Shown here: positions 25,860 through 39,182 of the stretch, one piece after another
How the letters are laid out: every line of letters starts with the position of its first letter
Position numbering within the stretch: the first letter of the stretch is position 1
NCBI GenBank assembly: GCA_044892505.1
Contig: CM097883.1
Span: 258,912,001-258,976,000 of the forward strand
DNA length: 64,000 nucleotides
Direction: 5' to 3'
From: Schmidtea nova
Taxonomy: Eukaryota
Made by a program: the position numbers and the translations under genes
Notes under the pieces: generated by a model
The model's database searches: none
Told to the model about the DNA's origin: nothing
The model's input: the letters and a program-made list of their open reading frames with translations, nothing else

Positions 25860-28800
25860 CCATTCACTTGCTATCTTTTCCTATTTAGCTATTGAAATTT
25901 TTTTTAAACTCCCTATATTTTCGTGTGTAAAAATTTAGTTGAAAAACTCGCTTGAATATTAATCCTAATGTCTATCTTGCCACATATTTTAAGATTTTAC
26001 AAAAATTTATTATTTTGATTTTTTAAAAATCTGCTGAGGCATTAGCGACGGTTAACGACGTAAGTTTTCCCGATATGACTAATTTTACCATTAAAAATTT
26101 ATCTAACATTTAAAATTTTATACTTTTTGAAATTTCAAACAAAATTTTATATTAGGAAAAACGATCCCCATCGTCCCCCATCCGAAACATCGGCGTTCTC
26201 CCTATAAGAAGGAATATTATATAAAGGGGAAACAAAATTTCATGAGTTCTGATTGGCTAATCCATAATATGTAAATTTAATTTCCATAATAAAATTATTG
26301 ATTTGAAATTATTTTTAGATCTCTGGAATTCCTTTTCTACTGGATGCTCGTAAGTAAATTGATTTTATGTTGTTACTGTATATCTAATGATTTTAGCCAA
26401 AGGTCAAATTCAGACTCCTGGATAAAAACTCTGAGTGGAACTGATGCAAACGAGAATCTGATTTTTTCTATCTGCTATAATAGAGGTAATTTTCTTGTTA
26501 CCAACAAAACACAGTAAATATGTAATTTTCTCCAGATTTTAAATTCGTTCTTTTATGAATTGTCAGTCAGCTTGACTTCCACTTCGAGGGTTCAACATTC
26601 TCTCTGGATAGTTTGAGGATGGAAGGTTTACTATCGCATTTTCCATACAGCTTACATTCACTCTCGTTGGATCATTCACTTCGTCAGTGTCTGGATGTCA
26701 CTATAATCTCAACTAATGGAATTTATCCTATTTGTGATGTGGCATTTTCCTAGCCAGTTTTCGTCGAAACTGTTGTAAGTGAATGTGGTTGAAACGTTTT
26801 ATTTTTTGTAAATATAATTTTCTGTTAATTGGATTTTACTAAGTCAATAACTTTTTAATATAATAATTTTTGACTGGAGTTTTAATTAAAATTAATACAA
26901 ATAAGGAGTGATGTTTTTAGGAATTGTAGTATGGCGAATTAATGATCGAAGTCCAAAATATGTTACCGAATAGCAGTAGAAGAATCTTGACGTCAGAATT
27001 CTACGCATGAACAGCTAAGCAACAATTTTAATAAAAAAAATTCGAGTTGCAATCAATTCTTGATACAAAATTTTGATCTTCTAAATAGGCAGCTAGGAAG
27101 TTGGGGTATTACTTTGGTGAGTGAATTAAGGGCATAAAGTTGAAAATACTATCTGAATGTATTTCATTGCTATAGGGTATGTTTAGCGAGTGAGGTGGGC
27201 TAATCTGTAGAGATATGTGGGGGATCTAACTCTCATAGGTGGTGCAATTGATGAAAATGCAGATTGTTGGTTACAATTGATCGAGTGGGGTTTATGAATC
27301 GGCGTGCTGTATTCTATAATGAGACTCTATATGGGATGTTGTAATTTGCTGTGGTTTTGTGAGATGGAATGGAGGAATTGCAAGTTTGTGCTTGCGTAAT
27401 ATTATAGATTTGAGATGAATGTCCTTTTTCTATGATTTATGTGATTGTATGTTGGATAGATTGTTAAATGCAATTGGTAATTCGATGTGAATGTTTGTGC
27501 AAAATCTGTATGTGTGATGCAAACAGGTACTAACGAATGGAATAAAGTGATGTATGTTGGTGAATGGATGTGTTGTCTATTGTAGAGCCTAGTATAGGAG
27601 ATGTTATTTATCGAAATATTAGAGTGTGTGTGTATTGGGAATTGAATGAACTTCTAAATGGCATTGTATATGGATGATGTTATTGAATGGTATGGATGTA
27701 TTGTTTTGCAAATATGGATGTAGTATATCTTTTGTGATATCGTGAGGGTTAGTTTATAAATTAATATATACATAAACATAAATAAACTTTACAATAAAAT
27801 AATAATTCTAGTATCCATAAATCTTCTTAGTTAAATTTTTAAAATTTGAATTTTATAAAGTTACAATAAAATTTTCGATTTATACTTTTTATATTTTAAT
27901 ATAATCATAATAAATAAAATTTTAATTTTACAAGCTAATACAAGGATTCGATTTATAATTTTTACTTTTTCAGGAGAATCTTGATAAAGAAAAATTTTGT
28001 ATTTTAAATTTTCCATGATAGAATACCTATAAAAGTAAATTTCGGTTTTATAATTAAAATTTATAATTTCCATGAAGTTTACACGATAAATGAAATTTCA
28101 ATTCATAAATTTTCCTAAATAAATTAAAATAAATGAATAACGTAAAATTTATCCACCGTTATACAAATGTTTTTATAATAAAATTCTTGATTGGTAATTT
28201 TTCACAGGGATTTGAATCTGCTGATCTAAAGTAATTTTCACAATGATATTGAGATTTCAGCTTTTGAATCTTCGTTCGGTTATCATTCAAAATCAACTCT
28301 CTAATGCATAATAGTTTTCGACATCAAGTGAGGTGAATTTTAGTTTCGTTCGAGCGTGAATTTCCCGAGCAAAGTGGCCGCAAATTTTTCGAGACACTTC
28401 ACTCGAGAACTTCAGTCTCCCGAAACTAAGGTTCACTGGAGTAAATTATTTAGATAACTATGCATTTAATGAGGTTTAATTCAAATAAATCAATACTTGC
28501 TCTCATATTTCATTTCGTTGTTAATGTTTTTATCGGTTTTGAGCATTATTTTGAACGATTTTTATAATATTGACTTTTATTCGACTTGTAGATTCTGATA
28601 AGATGATAATTATTGTGAGGGTGAAGGCGAATAACGAGTTGGAACTTTTTATTAAAATAGATTCTGTTAGATCAAAGACGATTGTTGGATGGAGTAACGA
28701 CATGTTTTATCGAGTTATCATTTTTGCCTTTCATTTTTATCTTATATAATATAATTCAGATATACTAAAATAATATAGTTAAAATCATCAGTATACACTC

Positions 28801-31800
28801 TTGCCCTTGGCCAAGCCACTGTTCCCCAGTTGGGATGATGTGAGCATGGATGTTTCAGCGTCACCTTGAGGCAGAAAAATGAGCTGGTCGATTACGAATC
28901 GAACAGCGATCCGCCCAGGCTACTTCCATCCGTACAGCACAAGGCCGGACGGATTTCAGATTGTATGGGAGCAAAAGAGATATTATTATTTAATAGATAT
29001 GATATATACAATAAATAAAATTGACATTCATGATGGGAATCTGTGACAGTAATTATAAAAATTTAAATCATAATGTAGAAATAATAAACGAAAATTCCAT
29101 ATAAGATTTGATATTTTTAAACAAAGTATCTTTATTAACAAGAAGTAATATTACACCTAAACTTCCTATATAAAAATTTGCACATAATTACATTAAGCAA
29201 AAACCTCATCAGGCATGGGATGTCCAAAGGGCATGACTTTTTGGGCCTCCCATACCGACAAAAGTATATAACGTTAATAAAATAAGATAAAAAGTGAATA
29301 AAAATAAAAATACCCTCACGTTAAAATGCGGCTTTCCTAATAGGCTTTTCTAAAGTTTTCTTGAATTATCCGATAAATTCTTGTAACTGAAGTTTTCACC
29401 AGTGTTATTGCGGTTTTCTTAATAAATTTGCCGAATCAGTTTAATGCGGCTCTCCTACTCGGTTTTCTAAAGTTTTCTCGAATTCTCCGATAAATTCTTG
29501 TACAGATAACTTCTCGGGGAAAAATAAATCAAATTAAAGATGGGTTTCGCCGAAATTTCTCTACAAAAATTTCTTCCGCAACCGAAAATTCAAAATTTTT
29601 AAACAATATTTTTGCACAAATTCTGCATTCTGCCATTTTGATGGCGGTATATATACCTCCTTCTGTGAATTATCTTCATTGATGTATTAAAACAAATTGT
29701 TCTAGAAGGAGTTTCTATTTTTTTCAAAATTAATTCCAACAATTTTTCGCAAAATTAAATTGATAATTTTACATCAAAATTTCATAAAACTTTAAATAAT
29801 TTATTTTCAATCCAAAATTTTACTTTTGAATTAAAGTTTATTCTAATTTGATTTAATTTGCTATATTTTCGATCAAAATTGTTTTCTTTTATATTTTTAC
29901 GAATTCTTTAGATAAAATCGCAATTTTCCTTCTAAAAACATGCTAAATGTCCACAACTGAGGTTTTATAACATGGATGCGTTCTCCACGTGCATATTCGA
30001 TGTGTTCTTTGCCTATTTTAGCTTTTTAGACATGTTTTTTTAACGACTTTTGGTTTTACTAGATGTTTTGATTAAAAGACGTTAGATTAGAATTTCGCAC
30101 GCTCTCTACTTGTGGTGTTACCGCTTTATTTAAACAATTTGCAGTTTTGACCCAACATTGCTTTAAATATAAAAAGATTTTTATTAAAAATCTAATCATT
30201 TTAATTTTTGAAAGTTTGCCAAGGCCTTAGCAATAGCAACAATATAAATTCTCTAAATAATTTAACCTTATCGATATTTCCCAAATTTGCGGATTTTATG
30301 TTTATTTCCAAATTTTAGGTCAAATTTCAAACTAGGAAATCCGATATTGATCGCATTTCCATCAAAATCATCAGCGTTCCCCCGAAATAAAAGAAATCTA
30401 TATAAATGGGGAAGTAAAAATCATTATTCCTAATTGTCCATTTACATTATGATTTTGTGTAGTTCTGGTTTTAGAATTCGGATTCTCAGATGACAGAAAT
30501 CTGGATATGCTAACCAGTAATTTGATTTGATTTTCTATATAGGAATTATTTAAAGCTAATTTGATTTTAGAGAGATTGTACAACCCACCGTGGATTTGGA
30601 GAGTTGGTGGAAACGTCCAGTTTTCCACTTTCATCGCTCTCAAAATACAATCTCAGAATTAACTTAATGACAGCAAACCAATTTTGTATTCAAATTTTCT
30701 ATCCCCTATCCCTACTCTTCTGGATTGTGGATTATGTAACTTGAGCACTCTCTCGCTCGATTCGCCAAAGAAAACAGTCAATCCACTGCAATAACCAACT
30801 CCAAGGCTTATTGTAGCCCCTCTTGTCTATGCAGGGTCGGAATTGTTATTTTTCGGAATTATTTTTCTCTCAATCCTCATTATGCCTGACTACCTAGTAA
30901 AGACTTATTTGTTACTTAACTAAAAGTTGGGTAAAAGTATATTGTTACTCTTTTATGAATTTTAAAAAAAATTTGTAAATTTTCTTTTCGTTTTCCCTTT
31001 TCTATATTTTGCTCGTCGGATTATGCAAACGCTTCCTAGCTATCATGTTTTTATGTGATCGAACTTAAATCACCTTACGAATGTTGGGATAGCCATTATT
31101 AGTGTGGATTTAGAAGATGTTAGTCACTAAATAAGTTTTCTCGTTTTAAGAATAGAATAATCAAATTATAGATCGAATAATCACTCCTCTGAATAGAGTA
31201 CTATAGAATAAATGTCTTATGTTATGAATGGCTTGTGGACGGCATAAGATAGCTGGACTTCCACAGAGACTATCTGGATGTTGTATGCCGTATGTGATGT
31301 ATTGAGGAATGAGATGGAGGGGTGAATTTTCATCTGTGATGTAAGGTGTAAATTACACTAAATTACAGTAATAATGGCNNNNNNNNNNNNNNNNNNNNNN
31401 NNNNNNNNNNNNNNNNNNNNNNNNNNNNNNNNNNNNNNNNNNNNNNNNNNNNNNNNNNNNNNNNNNNNNNNNNNNNNNNNNNNNNNNNNNNNNNNNNNNN
31501 NNNNNNNNNNNNNNNNNNNNNNNNNTATTATGAGTTTTCGTTGTGATAATTGTATGTGAATGCAGGTGATTGTATGTGATTGTATGTGATTGTATGTGAT
31601 TGTATGTAGGATATGATATTAATGCAATAGGCAATTCAAATAATGGATATGATTGTGTGAGTGCTTATGGTATTCCTGGATGTATGAATCAAATAGGTAC
31701 TATTGAGTGAAACAATATAGTGTGTGTGTTGGTAAATGAATGTGCTAATGAATGGTATTGATGTAATATATTGCAAACATGTATGTAAAATTATTTTCGT

Positions 31801-33942
31801 GATATCGTGAGGGGTATTTATAAAATAATATATATTTATATATAAAATAATTCTACAATGAAATAATATTTTTAATATTTATAGTACTTATAATTTTTCC
31901 TATTTAAATTTTTAAATTGCGAATTTTATAAAATAACAATAAAATTTTCGATTTATAATTTTTATATTCTAATAAAATAATAAAAAATTTTAATTTTGTA
32001 TTTTGTATTCTAATATAAGTTTTGATTTATAATTTTTACATTCTAGGAAAATTTAAATTTTATATTAAAATTTTTACATAATATATTATCTATAAAAGTA
32101 AATTTTATTTTTATAACCAAATCTGAAAATTTTATAAGATTTATACCATAATAAAATTTTTATTCACAAATTTCACAATCTAAATAATTCAATCAAAAAA
32201 AAATTTGCATATATTATATTATCTTTGAATGTAAATTATAATTTTTACGAAAATTAATCCCGATCATATATGAGTTTCTAAAAATAAGGTATAAAAATTC
32301 AAGCCGGTTCTTTTGGCGATCTCTAATTTTCAAAATTCTATATGCAGTTCTTAGAAGTTTTTATCAATGATGTTCACGATTTAGAGTAAAAATTCAACGA
32401 ACTATTATCGAGCATAATCTGTAAGCATAGTTCAATATAACTTTTTAATTGATCTTCGAGTTGTCATTTATGATCTTTTATACGTTTGACTCTCCGATCG
32501 ACTGTGCGAATTCTTTCATAGTGAAGTAAAGATGACGTTTATTAAGCGAAAGCGATTGGCGAGACGAATGAATATTTCCGATTCATTTTAATATGTTCGC
32601 ATTTTTATGTAGTTGTGAGAGCTATGTGATTTAATATAAATAAAAATAACTACAATATTATAAATAAAATATTCATTTGCGTCTTTGAATACCATTTCGC
32701 ATTTCAAAAAAATGTAATAGAATTCTAGACGTTAATTATTTTGAACAGACCTTGCACTTGGCCAATCCACTACTTCTCATATAGCCAGGTATGAGATGAA
32801 GCGTTTTTGGATGTTTGCGCTCACTTCGATGAAAATATGGATCAGAACACTGAAATGACTAGAGCAAACTGATGATTCACCAAAGCGACTAATGACGTTA
32901 CAACGACTAGGTGGACCATCATCAGACGTAAGGAAAGGGTTTTAATTAAAAAATAAATATATAAATATGCATATAAATAAATAAATGACTATCAATATAC
33001 GTATGTTAGGTTATGAGAAAATATGACCAAAGTAAAAATAAAACTTGAATAGAAAAAATTATAATAATCATTACATATTTTACCATAAGATAACACATTA
33101 TCAAACTTGAATAAAATTGAAAATCAAATCAGAATACTTACGGCAGGTTAACAGGGCATGATTTGCTAGCCTGCATAACATAAAATTCATGATTCTTACA
33201 TAATAGAATAGCTTCTCTGCTTGGTTCGGATACGAGTTCTAGAAATCTGTCGAGGGGTTCGAATTCCGAGAATTCTCACACGATTTTAAGCAAAGTTATT
33301 TCTTAAAATTTTACTGCTAAAAACGTTTCAAAATTTTTAGCAACAAAATTCCGGAAAATTCTGAGCAACTTCTCGTGAAATCCATTTTGATGGCGCTATA
33401 TATAGTTGCTCAGATTGTTATTTTCGTTAGTTTATTAAAACAAATTGTTCTAGGAATTTTTCGATTCTTGAAAATTAATTTTAATAATTTTACGCAAAAT
33501 TGAATTATTAATTTTGCATAAAATTCTAAAAAAACTCTAAATAATTTATTTTTGATCTAAGATTTCATTTTTAAATCAAAGCTTTTCCTAATTTAATTAA
33601 TTTATCATAATGTCTAACTAAAACAATTTTCTTTCATATTTTTTGAATTTCTACACTAAAATTTGAAAATTTCCTCCCGAAAAGTTGTTAATTTTTCCTA
33701 GTGTGCTATTCCATTACACGATTTATGTTCTCACGTTATACATGTGTTTTTCACATATACACTCAATGCGCTTTGGTTCGTTTTAATTTTTCAACGTGTT
33801 TTGATAGATTATTTCATTTTTTTCTGCTGTTACTGGGTCGTATTTGGTGTTTTAGGCCACATAATTTTAAATCTACTTCTTGCGCGCTTTCTACATGTTG
33901 CATTACCACGCCATTTAAACAAACCTCAGTTTTTGCCCAACA
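25860..33942 (+). repeat. Two head-to-tail copies of a decayed unit of about 3.75-3.8 kb
   Basis: Ordered homologous blocks at 26030/30215, 26190/30370, 26410/30475, 27730/31795, 28800/32755, 29225/33150, 29632/33382 and 30100/33885. Confidence 0.8.
26319..26760 (+). pseudogene. Decayed multi-exon gene segment (exons 26319-26349, 26397-26485, 26536-)
   Basis: 47-nt GTAAGT...TTTTAG and 50-nt GTAATT...CTCCAG introns give an open frame LWNSFSTGCSQRSNSDSWIKTLSGTDANENLIFSICYNRDFKFVLL, then one TGA and about 65 more open codons; paralogous sequence at about 30460-30660. Confidence 0.45.
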
Positions 33943-34243
33943 CCAGAAGTGAAATTTCTAATTTGTTTTAAGGCGTCGAAAATACACTCGCACCGCCAAA
34001 GGTTAATTCAAAATCCACGAAAACACTAAATAATACAAATTAAACACAACACAAAATGATCAATAAATACGGATAATTTAAGTAATGGAAAGCAAGAGTA
34101 CAAGTAACGATAGAAAAGTGTTGGGCAAAAACTAAATCCTATTGATTTGAAAGCGAGTGAGGACATAACATGTAGCGACTGTGAGAAAGTATACACATGT
34201 TAGGTGGTATGGGTATTGTTATAAAACTATTAACAATTTCTAG

Positions 34244-37200
34244 GGGTTAATACAACCCACATCACAACGTAAATATCAATCCATCACACACGTGTACCAA
34301 TAGTTATTCCACAAGTAACTATGTTGTTACTGTACACGGTTGCGAGAATCTAGTGAGCAGGTGAGCTTCATTGTCCAAACTACTCCTCACTAAATTCTCT
34401 CTTTCGGGTTGTTGCTGCTGATAGAAGGACTTATGTATCTGCTTTCTTTTCGGTCCTATCGCATGATTTCCCTCCTAACGATCTATTACTTTCCGCTATC
34501 AACAATATACCTTTATTCATTTTCAATTAATTTACCAACACGATGAATGCTCCTGACCATCACATTTTCTCTCGCCCAAACTTAGTTCAAGTACGCCGCA
34601 TCGCCTAACTCTCCGAAGAGAGTCAGGACGAGAGGCCGTTGCTTGCTCATCAGGTCGCGAGACCATCAGGACGTGCCCTTATATATTTTTCTCTTGAGGT
34701 TCTGAGGGTCTACCCACGAACAATCATAAATTTTTATGATTCAAAACATTTATTGAATATCATTCACATAACATGATTAAATCCGATGTTCTTTACAGAT
34801 TGCCATACACAAAACAAACCTACTCACCTAGGCTACTGGCTGTCGAAAATGAAATTCTGCAAACTTTTGCTTACTATCTATTTATTTTTATTGTGATTTT
34901 TCGCGTTTATTTATACTAAATAGACTGACACCCACGCATTTCCCATTCAAATAATTATATTATGATTTAAACTCAATTTATTTGTTTCAATAAACTATTA
35001 TTTATTTAATTTTTTGTAAATTTAATTTTATTATTTAATTTATTTATTTCTAAAATATTTGTTTTTAATTCCGATAAATGATGTGTGTGTGTCCATTGTT
35101 TTTGTACATTTATTGATTGATTAAAACAATCAACTTTAATTTAATTCTATTTTTATTCCTACCTCTGTTATTTTTCCGATATATGAATGGGGATTTAAAT
35201 TTGTAAATTTTAATAAATTATTTTCTTTATTCTGATATCAATTTTATTCTTTGATCATGCTTTTCGTTATTTTGTACAGCGATGATCTTCCCCATTCAAT
35301 TCTCGTGCGGTCCTTCGTGTGTAAATGCGACCTGCACTCAAATCGTGGGCTCTCTTTTGAGATGCCTCTTTTCTATCGTTTAAGCCCTATCTCGACCGAT
35401 TTATAGAATGCTTACTTATCGTATGTTTACTTTTGTACTTTACTGTTTTATTTTCATTTGCGTTAGTTTACTGCGTAATGCTTTATTGTGCGTTTTTAAA
35501 CTTGTTCCTTTTTAATTTTTGATGAATTCAAACAAAATTTTATTTTCGACTTCCCCAGCCAAACACTCAAATAACTGAAAAAAACACTGCTAACGTGTTT
35601 ATGTACCGATCTCAGGTTATTATCTTATTTAATTTACACTAGACGTTCATGACATTCTAATCCCTTGCACATGTACCCTCAATTATTCCTATACAATTGT
35701 GTTAGTAATGGTGTATTCATGATAGTTCTTGATGACCTTGACTGTTACCATGGCTCATCATCAACAACTCAACACATAAAACATTTATAACCATCTTGTC
35801 GCCCGCTACAATGTAATGTTGGTAATGCAAAAAATGGGTAGACATTCGCAAACAGTGAAGGTCGAAAAATTCGAAACTTTGATTGACCGAATGTCGCGGT
35901 GGGTTCAAGGTGCCCGTTTTAGTTCCAAACTGAACTCTCTATCTTCGGTTTGTAATATGTAACCAAAAAGTAAGATTTGATATTTGTCCCATATTCCTAA
36001 CTGTACACTTGCTACGGTAAACTTACATTATGTTATTATAAATAGCGATAGCTACCATTATTATAATCCTTGAAATCAAATAAGATTCATGCTGGGAAGT
36101 ATGAGTGTTGTTTAAAATGTATTATTGACTCTAGGGATGCATACAAACCCTCACCGCAACATAAATGTTATCTACCTCATCCGTGATCCCATAGTTACTC
36201 CTCGATAAGCTATGTTGGTAATGTATATGATGGGGAGAATCCAGTGAGCAGGTGAGCTTTGTTGTCGAAATTACTCCTTACGGTATCCTCTCTTTCGGGT
36301 TCTTGCTGCCGATAGAAAGTCTTACGCATCTAGTTACTCTCTATTTCTAAAGGTCCTTTAAATTTATCAATTCTCGATCTACTATATCCTCACACTATCT
36401 TATTCACAAATCCACACATTTTTATCCCAAAAATATATTATCAACACTCCTAAATTGTATTTTTGTCTTTTTTTTACCCCGCCATCCTATATGGTTTAAC
36501 GATAAAATGGTCCGGAGGAACCGATTTTTCGGCCCAAACAGTTCCTAACCATCGGAGATTCGTGACTGATGAGCCATCAAAGACTCTATTTGAATCAGTT
36601 TAATCGGGGCAAATCAATTTGAACAAGGCAAAACAAAACAAATTTATCGTTAAAATAAAATATTTATTATTAATTACAATTTACTAAAATGCAGTCACAA
36701 ATAATTACGTAATAATTACGTAATAATTACGTAAAACATTTAAAAGAATACATAAAATAAGAACTTACTTGTTACTGATGTACCACACAATTGAATAGAA
36801 AAATTACTGACCGGTGCTGACTGGCAGAATTGAAAATCGTGAATTAACGTGTTACTGTGTTCAAAATGTACTCAAGCGTGTCAAAAATTATTCAGGCGTT
36901 TGAAAAATTATAATTTTTCAGCGTCTATTTATACTATTTTTGGGTGACTCCTACCCATTGTTCATTAAAACAATAATGTTTAAAATTTAATTCATATATT
37001 TATTTTTATATTAACGTTTTTATTTTTCTAAATGATTTATTTATTTTTTTCCTTAAATTTAATTTTATAATTAATTTTATTTGTTTCTAAATATTTAATA
37101 TTAATTCTATTAAAATAATGTGTGTATCCGTATTTTAAGAGCGTTATTGATTGATTAAAAAATCAGATTTAATTTCAATTCTATTTTCATTCCTATCTCC

Positions 37201-37577
37201 GTTATTTTTACGATTTTTTAATGGGGATATTTTCTATAATTTTTAATAAATTATTATCTTTATTTTGATAATAGTTTTATTCTTTGATCAATCTTTTTAT
37301 TATCAATAATTTCACCAATTAAATTCTCGTGCGGCCTTTCGCGTGTAAATTTGACCTGTACTCAAATTGTGTGCTTTCCTTTGAAATGCATCTTTGTCAT
37401 CGTTTCTCCTTTATTCGACCGACTTATGAAAAGCGTTTCGTATGACTACTATTTATGCTTTAATATCCTACATCTTTCCATGCTATTTTCCTGTTTAGTT
37501 TTCTTACGTGTTACCGTGTGATATTAATTTTATTTGACGTATTAAAAAAACCGAACCTCAATTCCGCCAGTCCAACA
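34244..37577 (+). repeat. Two head-to-tail copies of a decayed unit of about 1.9-2.0 kb
   Basis: Homologous blocks at 34244/36135 (117-nt AG...GT exon-like block), 34570/36530 and 35060-35565/37100-37577; a third copy of the last block lies at 15470-15797. Confidence 0.8.
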
Positions 37578-37670
37578 TTCAAATCACACTTAAAATTTTA
37601 ATTAGAGCTAGGAATTACAATATTCTTCCACAGTGGAAACATCCATTAACATAAATCTAGACATATTCAG

Positions 37671-38227
37671 TCAGATCTTCTCGAGAATGGAAATGTCAAT
37701 GGACTTCGTTGAGGTTTTTCTAATCTGCCCAACACTTGAGCTTCTTGCCGTCTCCTCCAGTGAGCTCTTAACTCCTTGCTCGGCTTGAACAGTTTGAGCC
37801 GGGTGGTATCTCAGTCGAGGGGTTTTTTCCCTCTTTCCGAACTGGAAACAATTCTAGGGAGAGATTACAGAGTTTTGGGAGCACGGTGTCTGTTAGTCCT
37901 GATTCTACTCGTGTTCGTGCCAATTCAGTGTCCCTCTCCTGAATTGCCATCTTCAATGCCCTGTGCTGGGCGGCGTCCTCGACAGCTTGTTGTTGGAGTA
38001 GTTTGATTTGTTGAACTTTTCAGTACTATCAACGCTCGTCCATGTCGTTTCGGTGGTCTGACATCGGGAGCAAAATTTATTTATCCGCTTGACGAGAGAC
38101 TTATTTTAGACACAGAGGAGCTTCTTTTCCTCCTCCATGCTTAATAGGCGCAGATTTATTTTTGTCGGACGCTTTGTTCTATCTCTTTGACTGACTTGAT
38201 CAATTCCTCAATTTGAGAGTGTGACAT
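37671..38227 (-). pseudogene. Decayed copy of orphan ORF-X
   Basis: KLLQQQAVEDAAQHRALKMAIQE..RVESG...VLP....SLELFPVR and the frameshifted GQIRKTSTKSIDISIL match LLQQAAEDALRLRACRMIMRE..RVESG...VLP....SQELFPVR and GQLRKKSSEFIDITLL. Confidence 0.75.
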
Positions 38228-39098
38228 GTACAATTTAAAAAGGACAAATAAAATCGATGCGCTACATACGCTGACATCAGCTAAAAGCATTTCCTTCATC
38301 CTTCATTCAGACGATCCATCAATCAATATAAGTTTCATGCAACAACACAGAAATATATTTTGCAAATAGACCTCAAACGTTCAACCCATTTGAGCATCGT
38401 TCCGCAAACAGTCTTTCCCACGATCCAATTCAGAAATGATTTCATTTGGCATTAGTTCATGTTTAAAATTTTTACTCAGTTTATTAAAAGAAAGTCAGTT
38501 TCTGTTTGTATTTTCATGTCCAGATTCGATTCAAATGGATCCTTAAGATCCTTAAGATTTTTGGAGTTAAAAGCATTACAATTTATTGAGAACCTAAACT
38601 TATAATATATGGTGTCATTTGAGATTTTGTCTTTCCAAAATTTTATTTTATCTTCATTAAAATTGTCAATCTTACATTTACCTATAGAAAATTCTATTTA
38701 GGTTCCCTTAAAGTTTTATTATCAAATCCAAAAATTAAGATAACATTTAGAATTTAAAATTTCCACTTTAAAATTTTAATGCGATTAACTTGCTGTTAAG
38801 AAATCTTTCTTCAAGGGTGTTTTTGCTATTCATCTTTTATCTAAAACCTGGTAAATTAAAAGTAAAACAATAAAATTTCAGGGTTTAAACAATTTACTGC
38901 TAATACGCTGAATTAGAAACGGTTACTCAGTAACCTATGGCCTAAATTTTCGGGTTGGATATATGAATTTACTTTTCCTTCTCTCCGATACGTTCTGATT
39001 GGTCCGTTTATAAGATTCTGATGGTTTGATTTATTAATTTATAACATATAAAATGAATAATAATACAAAAAATTGAACATAAAAGTTTTGGTTTACAG

Positions 39099-39182
39099 AG
39101 TGTAGATTTTAACAGGCACATGGCTGTGGTAGATACTAAGTTCAGGAGAATACAGGAATTCTTTAATAGTTCGACTCCACAG
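39099..39182 (+). CDS. Candidate internal exon (84 nt, phase 0-0) of an unknown gene
   Basis: GTTTACAG acceptor, open frame SVDFNRHMAVVDTKFRRIQEFFNSSTPQ, CAG|GTGAGT donor. Confidence 0.4.
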
